Source of the DNA: an uncultured Leptospirales bacterium
Lineage (GTDB): Bacteria > Spirochaetota > UBA4802 > UBA5550
Length of the DNA stretch: 64,000 bases
NCBI GenBank assembly: GCA_964534225.1
Contig: CAZHNW010000007.1
Span: 1,432-65,431 of the forward strand
Direction: 5' to 3'
Positions 9,409 to 21,163 of this stretch are shown here, one piece after another (the first letter of the stretch is position 1; every line of letters starts with the position of its first letter). The notes beneath the pieces are model-generated. The model was not told the origin of the DNA. It saw only the letters and a program-made list of their open reading frames with translations, and did not search any database. The position numbers and the translations under genes were made by a program.

Positions 9409-9927
9409 TCATCTCTCTTCCTGCCGCAGGGCCCCGGCAAGACGGGCCTGCATATCCTGCCGCGTCTTTTGAGGCATTTTGTCGGGATCGGGATATCTAT
9501 TCATCAGTGAACGTAGAAATTTTATTTCATGGATCAGCAGGCTGTAGTAGAACCAGTCTCCGCAGAAACGCGCCGCGTAGATTATTTCTTCAGGGGAGAG
9601 TTCTTCTGCGGCGGGGCAGAGAAAGGTTTTGCAGGTCTTTTTAAAGAAGGTGTCTTCCTGCATGGCCTTTTCATGGTAATAGAGACAGCCTATGAGACTG
9701 CAGGCTTCGTCAGTAAAGGCAACATGAGGGCATTGCAGGGCATCCGGCAGGGCCTTCGGGGGAAGTAGAGGCTGCTTTTTACTTCCATCAAGAAAAAACT
9801 CACGCCGTGCCCTGAAAAGGGTTGTTATCTCCCCGGGAGGGGCATCATAGTTGTGGCTGCCGCAGCAGAGGGCACAGGAGGCGCCATACCCGGGGCGGCA
9901 GATGTTGATGGAATGATTTTTTTTCAT
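9409..9927 (-). CDS. cysteine-rich hypothetical protein (possible metal-binding; CALCC and multiple C-x-x-C-like pairs)
   Basis: ORF with 12 Cys in 172 aa; no recognisable family by eye. Confidence 0.45.
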   Translation of the reverse strand: MKKNHSINICRPGYGASCALCCGSHNYDAPPGEITTLFRARREFFLDGSKKQPLLPPKALPDALQCPHVAFTDEACSLIGCLYYHEKAMQEDTFFKKTCKTFLCPAAEELSPEEIIYAARFCGDWFYYSLLIHEIKFLRSLMNRYPDPDKMPQKTRQDMQARLAGALRQEER

Positions 9928-10051
9928 TTTTTTTAGTCAATGCAGTGGTCAGGCCCTTTTTGAAGCTTTTTTTTCAGGGGGGCTCTGAGCCGCTCTGTTA
10001 TTAAGTGAAAATCAGGGAAGGGGAAGTCGGTGTCAATGAAAAAGTCTTGAC

Positions 10052-10930
10052 ATGAGTGATTGCTCAGTTGATTCTCTCCTCCATTTCGTTCAGGAGAAAA
10101 TAATAAGGGTGAAAACAGAGATAAAGAAGACAGGATTTGGTGATGGCCATATTGCCTACCGTGTCAAGGCCGCCGGTGGTGATGCGGGCATTGTTTTTAT
10201 TCACGGCCTCGGGGCGGATTCTCGTTTTTTTCAGAAACAGCTTCATTATTTTGCTTCGTTTATTACATCTGTCGCTCTTGATCTTCCCGGCAGCGGCGCC
10301 TCTTCACGGTGTCACGGGGGGATTTCAATGGAATGTCTCGTTGAGGCTGTCCTGGCGGTTATCGAGGCGGAAAAGTTGAAACAGGTTACCCTGGCGGGAC
10401 ACAGTCTCGGCGGTGCCGTGGCAATGGAACTTGCGCTCCGTTATCCTGAACGTGTTGAGGCAATGGTACTCATTTCCACGGGGGCGCATATTCCCCTTTC
10501 CCGGGCATTAAAAGAGGAGATGCACCGCGGGGCAAAGGAATTTTTTCTTTTTTTTATACGTTCTGTTTTCAGCCGCCGGGGAGATTATCTCGCTTCCATC
10601 GCGGAAAAGAATATCCATCTCCTGGACCATGAACTCCTCAGGGAGAGTTTTGCCCTCTGCGGCAGTCTCGATTTCAGGGAACGGCTCTGCGAGATCAGGA
10701 TGCCGGTTCTTGTTGTGGCCAACAGCGGTGATACCCTGGTGCCCCCTGAGGTATCACGTCTTCTTGCCGCGGAGATTCCCGGTGCTGAATTTATCCTTTT
10801 CGAGGCGGGGGGGCATGTTCCCTTTTTCGAATATGCCCATCTTTTCGATGTGGAGATGGAGAAGTTTCTGCGAAAGTGCTTTCCCTGCTGCGCCGCCAGC
10901 GGTGCTGCAAAGGAAAAATGTCTTGAATAA
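10052..10930 (+). CDS. alpha/beta-fold hydrolase
   Basis: HGLGADSRFF oxyanion/lipase box region, nucleophile elbow GHSLGG. Confidence 0.75.
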   Translation: MSDCSVDSLLHFVQEKIIRVKTEIKKTGFGDGHIAYRVKAAGGDAGIVFIHGLGADSRFFQKQLHYFASFITSVALDLPGSGASSRCHGGISMECLVEAVLAVIEAEKLKQVTLAGHSLGGAVAMELALRYPERVEAMVLISTGAHIPLSRALKEEMHRGAKEFFLFFIRSVFSRRGDYLASIAEKNIHLLDHELLRESFALCGSLDFRERLCEIRMPVLVVANSGDTLVPPEVSRLLAAEIPGAEFILFEAGGHVPFFEYAHLFDVEMEKFLRKCFPCCAASGAAKEKCLE

Positions 10931-11259
10931 TACCTGGTTTTCTGCATATACTTGAAATGCTTGACAAAAAAAAGCCTGTTTGTGATTCTACCACCTTGTT
11001 GAAATTCGCTGTACCAGGCAATGGTTATATATTTTCAATAGATTTTGTCATGAATTAATTTTGAAAGCGGACAAAAGCCCTCCACGGGGTTTTCGGCGAA
11101 GACTCATCGCAGGTTCGCGGCAGTTCAGATGTACTGCGTAATTCATGAGTTGTTTCACGATATGATTCCTGTATTTTTTTATTTTTCAGGCCTTTTTACG
11201 GCGCAGTTGTGGTTACTTCTCAATAATAATAGAGGGAAGTAACGGCATTTTTTATGTAA

Positions 11260-12324
<1,065 letters not shown>

Positions 12325-12355
12325 GGGACGTTCACTGACGGAATTTCATAAAAAC

Positions 12356-12379
12356 GCGGCGGAAGACTGTTTCCGCCGC
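12356..12379 (+). terminator. GC-rich hairpin (GCGGCGGAA-gactgt-TTCCGCCGC) between gap and tpiA; partial terminator/attenuator
   Basis: 9-bp perfect stem read from sequence, weak T-tract after. Confidence 0.45.
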
Positions 12380-12403
12380 TTACTGCTTTAACAGGAAAAA
12401 ATT

Positions 12404-13156
12404 ATGGGAAGAAGAGAAATATTCGCAGGAAACTGGAAAATGTATAAAACATGGTCCGAGGCAAAGGAACTTGCCGACGGCCTTGTCAAGGGTCTTGGAG
12501 ATATAAAGGAGAGGGAAGTTGTCATTTTTCCGCCATCACCCTGGGCCCATGAGCTCTGCACCCTCTGTGAAGGTTCTCCCGTAGATGTGGGAATGCAGAA
12601 CATGTATTTTGAAGAAGAGGGCGCCTTCACCGGTGAGGTTTCACCCCTCATGGTTAAAGACGCTGGATGCCGCTATATCCTCATCGGCCATTCTGAGAGG
12701 CGCCATGTCTTTGGTGAGTCCGATGAAATGATCAATAAAAAGGTAAAAGCGGCTTTAAAACATGGCCTTGAACCGATGTTCTGTATCGGTGAGCTCCTTG
12801 AAGAACGTGAGGGGGGCACTACCGCTGATGTCGTCAGGACACAGATCACGGAGGGCCTGAAAGATATCTCTGCAGAAGAGATGAAGAAAATTGTTGTCGC
12901 CTATGAACCTGTCTGGGCCATTGGTACCGGAAAGGTGGCGACGCCTGAGATCGCCCAGGAGACACATGAAATGGTACGAAAAGTTCTGGCTGAACTTTTT
13001 GGAGAAGTTGTTGCAAATGATGTGCCGATTCTGTATGGTGGCTCTGTAAAACCTGATAATATCAGCGGTTTGTTTGAGAAACCTGATATTGACGGTGTCC
13101 TGGTGGGAGGAGCAAGCCTTAAGGTTGACTCATTTCTCGCCATTGCGTCTGTGTAA
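12404..13156 (+). CDS. tpiA: triose-phosphate isomerase
   Basis: AGNWKM, IGHSERR, catalytic AYEPVWAIGTG, YGGSV motifs. Confidence 0.95.
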   Translation: MGRREIFAGNWKMYKTWSEAKELADGLVKGLGDIKEREVVIFPPSPWAHELCTLCEGSPVDVGMQNMYFEEEGAFTGEVSPLMVKDAGCRYILIGHSERRHVFGESDEMINKKVKAALKHGLEPMFCIGELLEEREGGTTADVVRTQITEGLKDISAEEMKKIVVAYEPVWAIGTGKVATPEIAQETHEMVRKVLAELFGEVVANDVPILYGGSVKPDNISGLFEKPDIDGVLVGGASLKVDSFLAIASV

Positions 13157-13245
13157 CATGAAAGGTTCTTTTGCTCCTTATAGGGGTGAAAGAACCTGTT
13201 TAAATATTCATCTCTTTCTGAGATGACTGCTCAAAGAGGAAAAAA

Positions 13246-13605
13246 ATGGGAATTCTGGTCTCTATTTCTACAGTTTTATTTGTCATTCTTTGTATTATCC
13301 TGGTGATTGTTATTCTTCTTCAGTCTGATAAAAGCGCGGGTATGGGAATTCTGGGTGGTTCAAGTCAGTCTGCCTTTGGTTCTTCTACTGCTGATGTAAT
13401 TACCAAGATTACCACTGCCATGGTCGCCATCTTCATGATTGGCTCCCTCGGCCTTGCTGTTCTTGAATCGAGCAAAACCTCCTCTCTAAAAGAGAAGGTA
13501 ATGACATCTGATAAACCTTCCGCCGAAGTCCTGAAAAAGGATGATGCCAAAAAGCCGGGCGCTGAAGAGGGGAAAAATGCCCCGAAAAAGCCCGATTCGC
13601 AGTAA
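13246..13605 (+). CDS. secG: preprotein translocase subunit SecG with Lys-rich C-terminal extension
   Basis: two TM helices with conserved LLQSDKSAGMG...GGSSQSAFG pattern. Confidence 0.8.
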   Translation: MGILVSISTVLFVILCIILVIVILLQSDKSAGMGILGGSSQSAFGSSTADVITKITTAMVAIFMIGSLGLAVLESSKTSSLKEKVMTSDKPSAEVLKKDDAKKPGAEEGKNAPKKPDSQ

Positions 13606-13641
13606 TTAACTGAAAAAATATTTTGTTCAAGGAAAAGTCTG

Positions 13642-13833
13642 ATGGCACGATCTGTCATTGTTGATGAAAATGAATGTACCGGCTGTGAGCTCTGTGTTGA
13701 CATGCTTCCCGAGGTGTTTCGCATGAACAATAAGGGGGTCAGTGAGGCCCGCAATGATTCCGGTGCGAAAGAAAGTGATATACAAAATGTAATAGATAAC
13801 TGCCCGGCTGAATGTATCCACTGGCAGTCATAA
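13642..13833 (+). CDS. small ferredoxin (single Fe-S cluster, CxxCxxC...CP)
   Basis: [13 protein letters not shown] ... NCPAECI. Confidence 0.8.
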   Translation: MARSVIVDENECTGCELCVDMLPEVFRMNNKGVSEARNDSGAKESDIQNVIDNCPAECIHWQS

Positions 13834-13846
13834 GAGGAAGGTTGCT

Positions 13847-15001
13847 ATGTCATTAAAAGATTTTATTTTTACCTCTGAATCTGTTTCAGAAGGGCACCCG
13901 GATAAGGTTGCCGACCAGATTTCCGATGCTGTTCTTGATGCACATATCGGGGGTGATGCCATGTCCCGTGTCGCCATAGAAACGCTGGTTACCACTGACC
14001 TGGTGGTTCTTTCCGGTGAAATCACGTCAGGCCAGGATGTCGATTACGAGGCAGTTGCCCGTGAGGTTGTTGCTGATATTGGTTATACCGACCCTGAAAT
14101 CGGTTTTGATGCGAAAACCTGTACCGTGGATATTCACGTTCACGCCCAGTCCCAGGACATCTCCCAGGGGGTCACAGAAGGAGAGGGACTATTTAAGGAG
14201 CAGGGCGCCGGTGACCAGGGCATGATGTTCGGTTATGCTGTCGCTGAGACCGATGAACTGATGCCCATGCCCATAGCTCTTTCACACAGGCTGGTAAAAA
14301 AACTCGCTGATGTCAGGAAAACAGGTGAATTGACATTCCTTCGGCCGGATTCCAAATCACAGGTGACAATTGAATATGAAAACGGGAAGCCAAAGCGTGT
14401 TGATGCTGTTGTTATTTCAACCCAGCATACTCCCGATGTGAGTATAGAGCAGATCAGGGAAGGAGTCATTGAAACGACTATCAAAAAGGTCATCCCCGCC
14501 GGTTTCATTGACAATGAGACCAAGATATTTATCAATCCCACGGGAAGATTTGTCATTGGTGGTCCCCATGGGGATACGGGCCTGACGGGCAGAAAAATAA
14601 TTGTAGATACCTACGGGGGAATGGGGCGTCACGGCGGTGGTGCCTTTTCCGGAAAGGATCCCTCCAAGGTTGACCGTTCAGCCGCTTACATGGGACGTTA
14701 TATTGCAAAAAATATCGTGGCTGCGGGGCTTGCCTATCGCTGTGAAGTTCAACTCGCCTATGCCATCGGCGTTCCTGATCCTGTTTCTGTCATGGTTGAC
14801 TCCTTTGGTACCGGAACCATTGCCGATGAGGAGATTGCAAAACGCGTCATGTCCTCATTTAATATGAAACCGGCGGGTATTCTGCAGACCCTTGATCTGA
14901 GACGCCCCATTTTCAGGGCCACAACAAATTATGGTCATTTCGGCCGTGAAGACCAGGGATTCGTCTGGGAAATGAAAAACATGGTGGATGCCCTTAAATA
15001 G
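13847..15001 (+). CDS. metK: S-adenosylmethionine synthetase
   Basis: [60 protein letters not shown] motifs. Confidence 0.95.
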   Translation: MSLKDFIFTSESVSEGHPDKVADQISDAVLDAHIGGDAMSRVAIETLVTTDLVVLSGEITSGQDVDYEAVAREVVADIGYTDPEIGFDAKTCTVDIHVHAQSQDISQGVTEGEGLFKEQGAGDQGMMFGYAVAETDELMPMPIALSHRLVKKLADVRKTGELTFLRPDSKSQVTIEYENGKPKRVDAVVISTQHTPDVSIEQIREGVIETTIKKVIPAGFIDNETKIFINPTGRFVIGGPHGDTGLTGRKIIVDTYGGMGRHGGGAFSGKDPSKVDRSAAYMGRYIAKNIVAAGLAYRCEVQLAYAIGVPDPVSVMVDSFGTGTIADEEIAKRVMSSFNMKPAGILQTLDLRRPIFRATTNYGHFGREDQGFVWEMKNMVDALK

Positions 15002-15137
15002 GGGTATCTCCTGGCCCGGGAGAGGAGACGATTGTATTACTATTCTTCTCCGGGGCGTTATGTAAAATTGAGGGAAGCATTTCCTCGTTTCTTCCGATAA
15101 TAAAGTATCATGTATTACTTGTTAACGGGAGAAGAAA

Positions 15138-15278
15138 ATGAGCACAAAAATCAGAAGTTTTAAGTACAGCTGCTCCTGCGGGTATCAGGTGAAGGTCTTT
15201 ATCGATTTTGGCATACCACAGGAAATATATAAATGCCGAAAATGCGGTAATGCCGTCAAAAGGGTTGAAATAATTTAG
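15138..15278 (+). CDS. small zinc-ribbon protein (46 aa; FmdB-like CxC...CxxC architecture), not in ORF track
   Basis: MSTKIRSFKYSCSCGYQVKVFIDFGIPQEIYKCRKCGNAVKRVEII; GGGAG RBS 7 nt upstream; frame verified by hand. Confidence 0.55.
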   Translation: MSTKIRSFKYSCSCGYQVKVFIDFGIPQEIYKCRKCGNAVKRVEII

Positions 15279-15326
15279 GGACCGGCAACCTGTATACGTG
15301 TAATATTTTGAATAAATGGAACGTCA

Positions 15327-16901
15327 ATGTCTCTTACTGCATACAGGATATACAGGCGCTGCCCTGTTCTTCTTACCTGCCTTTTTATCTATGCCATTTT
15401 TCTGCTTATAGCCGTAATGCCTGCTGCCGCCCCCGCCCTTTATGCTGAAGAAGAGAGGGAGGGAAGTGAACTGGTGTCTCCTTCACCGGATGCCGAGACA
15501 ACAACCAGGTCAGTGCCGGTTGAAAATACGAAGAAAGAAACCGGAGAAAAAGAATCCGCCAATATCGACGCCCAGCTTCTCTATGGCCAGTATAATAATA
15601 TTTTTTCATCAATCAGTCTTATACAAAATAATAAGAAATTTGCCTATCAGCTCAATTCAGAGTTGAGGCGTTCCAATGATTTCGGGTATAAAAATTCGTC
15701 ATTTTTTAATAATGAAATCGGTTTCTCCGGAAAGGCTGATTTCAACAGGACATGGACACTGATTCCTGAAATTGCGGTCAACAATGAATCACACGGTATG
15801 TTTGACAATACCACTTTCAGCCGCGAGGAGAAGGACAAGATTGTTGTCTTTCTGAAGAACGAATACAAGCCTACACCTGCACGCTGGTACTTCAATGTCG
15901 GCGGTGCACAGTATGTTCACCGCCTTACCGGCAGTGACCCTGTTTCCTTCAGTTTCTATAAGTTCAGCGAAGAAATCCAGTGGGAGTATGTATGGTCCGC
16001 TTCGAACAGTCTTGCCATAAGGCACTATTACTGGCAGTACTTCTATAATGACGGCAACGCGAAAAATGATGCCCATATTGCCAATGAACTGCTTATAAAT
16101 TTTAAGCTTACCGAGTATGTTAAATTTTCCTGCGGGGCCATTGCCGACTGGAACCGAGACGCGGGATGGTTCCCCTCCGGGAGGGTTTCTCTTTCCAGTT
16201 CAAACCTGAAATATTTTTCTTTTGAAGGGACTTATTCCTATGTCCTTGATCCCTTTCAGCCTGAAGATATCTTTTTCAACCAGAAGTACGTGGCGCCGGG
16301 GGGTGAACTTCCCCCATCACGAACTCACGAGGGCGCTGTTGATGCCACCTTTGATATCTCTTTCAAGAAAAAGTCGACTTTCCATGTTAAAAAGATCAAG
16401 CTCAAGGCCAAGGGTGTATGGGAAAAACAGAATAATTTTTATAATTTTACCACCAGTGAGACCTATTCAGGGGGAGGGGTACTTGAATTAACATCGGGGA
16501 AGGTGACGACCCTCTACTCTGTTGTCTCCCTTCTGCTCGATTTTTCTATTTTCAGTCACCGGCTGCGCCTGAACGCGGCTTATCGCTTTCAGTATTTCGA
16601 TGCACCAGTTAGTATTACCTATCACCCGGTGCATTGTGTGACGGGGAAGATTGCCTACAGGGCGTCGCGGTGGGAACTCTCCTGGGAAAACAGTTACCGG
16701 GGCAGTGTCTTTACTGACGCAGAGAGTGATGCGAAACTCAGCGATGCCATTACCGGTGATCTCCAGATACAGTACAGGATGATAAGTACACTCTATTTTA
16801 ATATCAGGCTGCAGAACCTTTATAATAATTCCTACAGCCTGATAAGCGGATACCCTGAACCGGGTTTTACCGCGCTGGTGGGTCTTCGTATCGTTATTTG
16901 A
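15327..16901 (+). CDS. secreted hypothetical protein, aromatic-rich, possibly outer-membrane beta-barrel
   Basis: N-terminal signal/TM; alternating aromatic-rich beta-like segments; no family recognised. Confidence 0.45.
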   Translation: MSLTAYRIYRRCPVLLTCLFIYAIFLLIAVMPAAAPALYAEEEREGSELVSPSPDAETTTRSVPVENTKKETGEKESANIDAQLLYGQYNNIFSSISLIQNNKKFAYQLNSELRRSNDFGYKNSSFFNNEIGFSGKADFNRTWTLIPEIAVNNESHGMFDNTTFSREEKDKIVVFLKNEYKPTPARWYFNVGGAQYVHRLTGSDPVSFSFYKFSEEIQWEYVWSASNSLAIRHYYWQYFYNDGNAKNDAHIANELLINFKLTEYVKFSCGAIADWNRDAGWFPSGRVSLSSSNLKYFSFEGTYSYVLDPFQPEDIFFNQKYVAPGGELPPSRTHEGAVDATFDISFKKKSTFHVKKIKLKAKGVWEKQNNFYNFTTSETYSGGGVLELTSGKVTTLYSVVSLLLDFSIFSHRLRLNAAYRFQYFDAPVSITYHPVHCVTGKIAYRASRWELSWENSYRGSVFTDAESDAKLSDAITGDLQIQYRMISTLYFNIRLQNLYNNSYSLISGYPEPGFTALVGLRIVI

Positions 16902-17012
16902 TATTTATACTGTAACCAAATATCCTTTGAGTGTCCTGAAAGGGATTGAGCATGTTTAGAGTACCTTTCATGCAGGGAATCCCTCCGCCGAAAATGAATA
17001 ACCGAGGATTAT

Positions 17013-17636
17013 ATGACGGGAAAAATTATCATTTCCATATTCGATTCAATACCCCTCTGGGTTATGATTCTTCCGATTCTTGTAAGCTCTATTATATCCC
17101 TGGCAATAATTATTGAGCGTTTTCTGTTTTACCGCCGTATCAATTTTGATTATCGTCTCCTTGTCAACAGTGTCAGGGATAAAGTACGCGCAGGGCGTCT
17201 TGCAGATGCGGGCGCAATGCTGGATTCGTATAGTGGGCCCATTATTGAGATGATGACCAGGTTTGTAAAGGACGGGGGAGTGACAGATGACCGCGAAGGC
17301 CTTGTCGCTGATCTTGCCGAAAAAGGTGTGAGAAACGTAGAGCGTTTTGGCGGTGTAATTTCCACCATCGCGACGGTTTCACCCATGCTGGGGCTTCTCG
17401 GTACGGTTACAGGTATGATGAAATCATTCAGCAGCCTCGCCAGTATGGGGCCGTCTGCTCAGGACCTTCTCGCCCAGGGGATCACCGAGGCCCTTATTAC
17501 CACGGCCCTGGGCCTGCTTGTGGCTATCCCTTCTATCATGTTTTACAACTACATGGTCTCCAGGAGTGAACTCTTTACACGGGAAATCGAATTTGTTGCC
17601 AACAGTCTCGTGGAAATGCAGGAAGTAAAGGAGTAA
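17013..17636 (+). CDS. MotA/TolQ/ExbB proton-channel family protein
   Basis: three TM helices, conserved C-terminal block PMLGLLGTVTGM...ALITTALGL. Confidence 0.85.
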   Translation: MTGKIIISIFDSIPLWVMILPILVSSIISLAIIIERFLFYRRINFDYRLLVNSVRDKVRAGRLADAGAMLDSYSGPIIEMMTRFVKDGGVTDDREGLVADLAEKGVRNVERFGGVISTIATVSPMLGLLGTVTGMMKSFSSLASMGPSAQDLLAQGITEALITTALGLLVAIPSIMFYNYMVSRSELFTREIEFVANSLVEMQEVKE

Positions 17637-17648
17637 ATAGGCCGCTTC

Positions 17649-18050
17649 ATGGCAATCAAGCTGAAAACAAAAATGAAGCACCGGGCCATGATTGATATTA
17701 CATCGCTCATTGACCTGGTATTTCTTCTTGTAGCCTTTTTCATGGTTACTTCCTCTCTCGGCTCGGAGTCATCTATTACGGTGCATCTTCCTAAAGCGGT
17801 TCAGACGGGGCAGTATAAGAGTGGAACCATCATTATTTCAATAAATGAAAGAAATGAAATTTTTCTTAATGACAGAAATGTGGCCCTTGAAAAATTAAAG
17901 GCTGAAATCACTTCCATAAAAAAGCAGAATGAGAAAAACAATGTTGTCATAAGGGGTGACCGTAAAGCCCATTACGATACCATTGTCAAGGTTATAGACA
18001 GGCTTAATCAGGCGGGTATTCCCCGGTTTGCCATATCAACGACACAGTGA
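17649..18050 (+). CDS. biopolymer transport protein ExbD/TolR
   Basis: INITSLIDLVFLLVAFFMV single TM then periplasmic domain (..NVVIRGD..). Confidence 0.8.
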   Translation: MAIKLKTKMKHRAMIDITSLIDLVFLLVAFFMVTSSLGSESSITVHLPKAVQTGQYKSGTIIISINERNEIFLNDRNVALEKLKAEITSIKKQNEKNNVVIRGDRKAHYDTIVKVIDRLNQAGIPRFAISTTQ

Positions 18051-18143
18051 GTAATTATTATCAGAACCCCAAAATTCTTGACAGGGATCAAGGGGGGATG
18101 ATATGAGACGACAATCAAAGAAAAGGGCCGGAAAAAGAACCAG

Positions 18144-20657
18144 ATGAAGAAATATATTATCTTTTTTACAATTTTTGCACTGCTGCATATTCCCCTGTCA
18201 GGGATATTTTCTCAGCAGGAAAAATATGAAGGAAAAATTGTGCGAAAAATCGACTTTGTCGGCCTCACCGTTGCCGATAAAGAAGATCTCCTCTATGAAA
18301 TGAAAACCTCCGTGGGGTATCCCCTGAACTCATCTGAGATGAGAAAGGATATTAAGAAAATTTTCGTCAAGTGGAAGTTTGAAAAGATCGATGTGGAAGT
18401 CGATGAATTCAAGGATGGAGTAAAACTTCGTTTCATCTGCAAGGAAAGGCCCCGTGTTAAGGAAATCATCTTTAAGGGAAACGATGAGTTCGTGGAAACC
18501 GATCTCGAAGATTCCATTCTTCTGAAAGAGGGGGATGTTTTCAGAAAAGATTTTGTGCAGAAATCTATTAAGCTTCTGAAGGATAAATACAATGGTGAAG
18601 GTCTTTTTAACGCAACTATTTCGTACCGGATAGAGCCTGTTAAAAAGCAGGAGAATGTCAATGTTGTATTTATTATTGATGAAGGCGAAGAGATAAAGGT
18701 TGAAAAAATTTCAATATTCGGGGCAAAGAAGATTTATGAAAAAGAACTGCGCAGCATCATGGAAACCCAGGAGGAAGGGATCATCCGTGACGGTTCTTTT
18801 AAAAAGGAAGTTTATGAACAGGACAAGGCGAAGATAATTGGCTATTATAAGGAAAAAGGCTATCTTGATGCCCAGATTATCGAAGACAGAGTCGAATACG
18901 AGTGGAAAGATCCTAAAAAACAGGAACAAAGGGTCCTTTTTATCCTTTTAAAACTCCAGGAAGGTGAAAAATATTATTTCGATAAATACAGTGTTTCCAT
19001 CAGGGGCGAAAAGGGGAAAACGGTTTTTACCTCAGAACAGTTGATGAAGGGCTTTGAGCTGTCCCAAAAGGGTGAAGTCTTCAACTATACCCTTTTTCAG
19101 CGTGATCGGCAGATGATCAGTTTCAAGTATGCCTCACGGGGGCACATCTTTGCCCGTGTTGTGCCGAAACGCACTATCCAGGAGAGGGAAGTAACTATTG
19201 ACGGCAAAAAAGAGAAGAGAAAGTTCGTCAGTATTGCCTTTGATATTACTGAAGGTTCTAAAGCCTGGGTGGAACAGATTATTATTAAGGGAAACAAGAA
19301 GACCAAGGACAAGGTCATCAGGAGAGAACTTGTCATTAAAGAAGGGGAACTCTTCAGTTCTGCAAAGATGCAGATATCCCGTGAGAAGGTCTTCAACCTG
19401 GGATTTTTTAAACAGGTCAATATTGATGTACGTCCCGGCAGCCGCGAGGGTTATATGAACCTTATCATTGACGTAGAGGAGCAGCCCTCCGGTACGATTT
19501 CACTTGGTGGTGGTTACGGCACCACATCCGGTTTTTCAATTTTTGCCGATATCAGTGAGAATAATTTTCTCGGCAACGGTCAGAGGGTAGGGGTGAAGTT
19601 TGAATATGGTCCCCAGAAATCATCAATCACCCTTTCTTTCACTGAACGCTGGCTCTTTGACCTGCCCCTTGCCCTTAATACGTCAATTTTCTATTATCTC
19701 TATAATATTGAGACCACCTCCATGTTTAACGTGGGAGACAATGCTGAATATCAGAAACAGTCCTTCGGGTATTCTCTTGGTTTGAGCTGGCGTTTCTGGT
19801 ATTATTATGTGGTGGGTTCAACATGGTCACATGCCTTCAAAACATATATGAATCCGTCTGGTAACGCTTCTGATGAAATCTGGATTGCCGCCGCCGAGGG
19901 GATGCAGCAGAAACGAACCCAGACATTCTATGTCTATCGTGATTCAAAGGATAACTACCTCAATCCCACCAGGGGGTGGCGCATCGGCCTCTCCATCGGT
20001 TTGACAGGGGGTGTGATATATGGCGGTGACGACCATTATGTTAAGTTCGCCCCGGAATTTTATTTCTATTTTTCACCCTTTCATCTGCCCTTTCTCAAGA
20101 GCCATCCCTGTGTTTTTGAATTCCGTTTTAATGGCACTTTCATGACACGGCCCCTTGGTTCTGTCAACCAGGACCATACTGTCAACCAGTGGCTCGAATC
20201 AGAAGACCGTCTCTATCTTGGTGGTCCTGAAACGGTGAGGGGCTGGGATTACTATGATTTTAATCTTCCCTCATCGTGGCGTTATAATGGACTCTATCAC
20301 CGTATTCTTTACGGGGTCGAGTTCCGGGTTCCCATTCATCCCCAGATGTTGTGGCTGATATTTTTCTTTGACGCCGGCGCCCTCTGGGGTGACGAATTCT
20401 GGCATAAACAGCTTACCGGTGATGCCCTTGATGCAGTCAACGATGACCTTGAAAGCGGTGAACTGAAGAATATCAGTGAAATTTTTAAGACAAACTGGGG
20501 GTCTTACTTCAAGTATTCATACGGTTTCGGTTTCAGGATACAGATCCCCATGATGCCCCTTCGTTTCTGGTTCGGACAGAAACTTGTTTATGATGGCGGT
20601 TTCAGGCATATCGACAAGCTCACCTTTCAGTTCCAGATCGGTGACATGAGGTATTGA
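18144..20657 (+). CDS. bamA: outer membrane protein assembly factor BamA (POTRA repeats + Omp85 barrel)
   Basis: signal peptide, repeated POTRA-like units (IVRKIDFVG.., IKVEKISIFG.., WVEQIIIKGNKKT), C-terminal beta-barrel ending ...FQFQIGDMRY. Confidence 0.9.
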   Translation: MKKYIIFFTIFALLHIPLSGIFSQQEKYEGKIVRKIDFVGLTVADKEDLLYEMKTSVGYPLNSSEMRKDIKKIFVKWKFEKIDVEVDEFKDGVKLRFICKERPRVKEIIFKGNDEFVETDLEDSILLKEGDVFRKDFVQKSIKLLKDKYNGEGLFNATISYRIEPVKKQENVNVVFIIDEGEEIKVEKISIFGAKKIYEKELRSIMETQEEGIIRDGSFKKEVYEQDKAKIIGYYKEKGYLDAQIIEDRVEYEWKDPKKQEQRVLFILLKLQEGEKYYFDKYSVSIRGEKGKTVFTSEQLMKGFELSQKGEVFNYTLFQRDRQMISFKYASRGHIFARVVPKRTIQEREVTIDGKKEKRKFVSIAFDITEGSKAWVEQIIIKGNKKTKDKVIRRELVIKEGELFSSAKMQISREKVFNLGFFKQVNIDVRPGSREGYMNLIIDVEEQPSGTISLGGGYGTTSGFSIFADISENNFLGNGQRVGVKFEYGPQKSSITLSFTERWLFDLPLALNTSIFYYLYNIETTSMFNVGDNAEYQKQSFGYSLGLSWRFWYYYVVGSTWSHAFKTYMNPSGNASDEIWIAAAEGMQQKRTQTFYVYRDSKDNYLNPTRGWRIGLSIGLTGGVIYGGDDHYVKFAPEFYFYFSPFHLPFLKSHPCVFEFRFNGTFMTRPLGSVNQDHTVNQWLESEDRLYLGGPETVRGWDYYDFNLPSSWRYNGLYHRILYGVEFRVPIHPQMLWLIFFFDAGALWGDEFWHKQLTGDALDAVNDDLESGELKNISEIFKTNWGSYFKYSYGFGFRIQIPMMPLRFWFGQKLVYDGGFRHIDKLTFQFQIGDMRY

Positions 20658-21157
20658 TGAGGGTGCGGTGGAAGACATTTTCTGCCCTTGCTGTTCTTTT
20701 TTGTATGCCCATTGTTTTTTCATGTTCCTCTGCCGTGAAAAAAGGGGAGGCGGGGTACGTCATTCGCTACTGCGATGTCAAGGCGGTGTACCGTTATCTC
20801 ATTGCTGATGATGCTGCAGCGGAAAGGCTACGGCAGAAGAGAAAAAAGCTCATTCAGGAGAGAGAGAAGCTTAAAACTTCCCCCCCTGAAAAAACGAAAG
20901 GTAAAGAGGTAACGGAAAGGCGCGGGGAGATCGAAAAGGAACTTCTCAAACTGAAAAAAGAAGAAAAAGCCCTGAAAGGGAAAACTCTTACCACCATCGG
21001 TCATGTACTCAAAGAAGTGGCCCGTGACTGCGGTGCTGATTTTATCTTCAACTATGGTGAAGGCCTGCTTTACGGGGCTGGTGAATATGATGTTACCGAA
21101 GATGTTATCAGGGCCTTTAAAAAAAGGAAAATTCGTTCTGCCCCGGTTTCGCGGTGA
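20657..21157 (+). CDS. OmpH/Skp-like periplasmic chaperone lipoprotein (ATG overlaps bamA stop, TGATG)
   Basis: position after bamA, lipobox FSCSS, coiled-coil K/E-rich core. Confidence 0.65.
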   Translation: MRVRWKTFSALAVLFCMPIVFSCSSAVKKGEAGYVIRYCDVKAVYRYLIADDAAAERLRQKRKKLIQEREKLKTSPPEKTKGKEVTERRGEIEKELLKLKKEEKALKGKTLTTIGHVLKEVARDCGADFIFNYGEGLLYGAGEYDVTEDVIRAFKKRKIRSAPVSR

Positions 21158-21163
21158 TTGTAT

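Noticed and set aside
16917-16950. imperfect inverted repeat ATCCTTT…AAAGGGAT after the beta-rich secreted protein gene
   Set aside because: Arms differ (atccttt vs atcccttt revcomp); too weak to call.
18070-18110. possible promoter TTGACA upstream of bamA
   Set aside because: -10 element poor at all reasonable spacings (ATATGA/GATATG); left uncalled.
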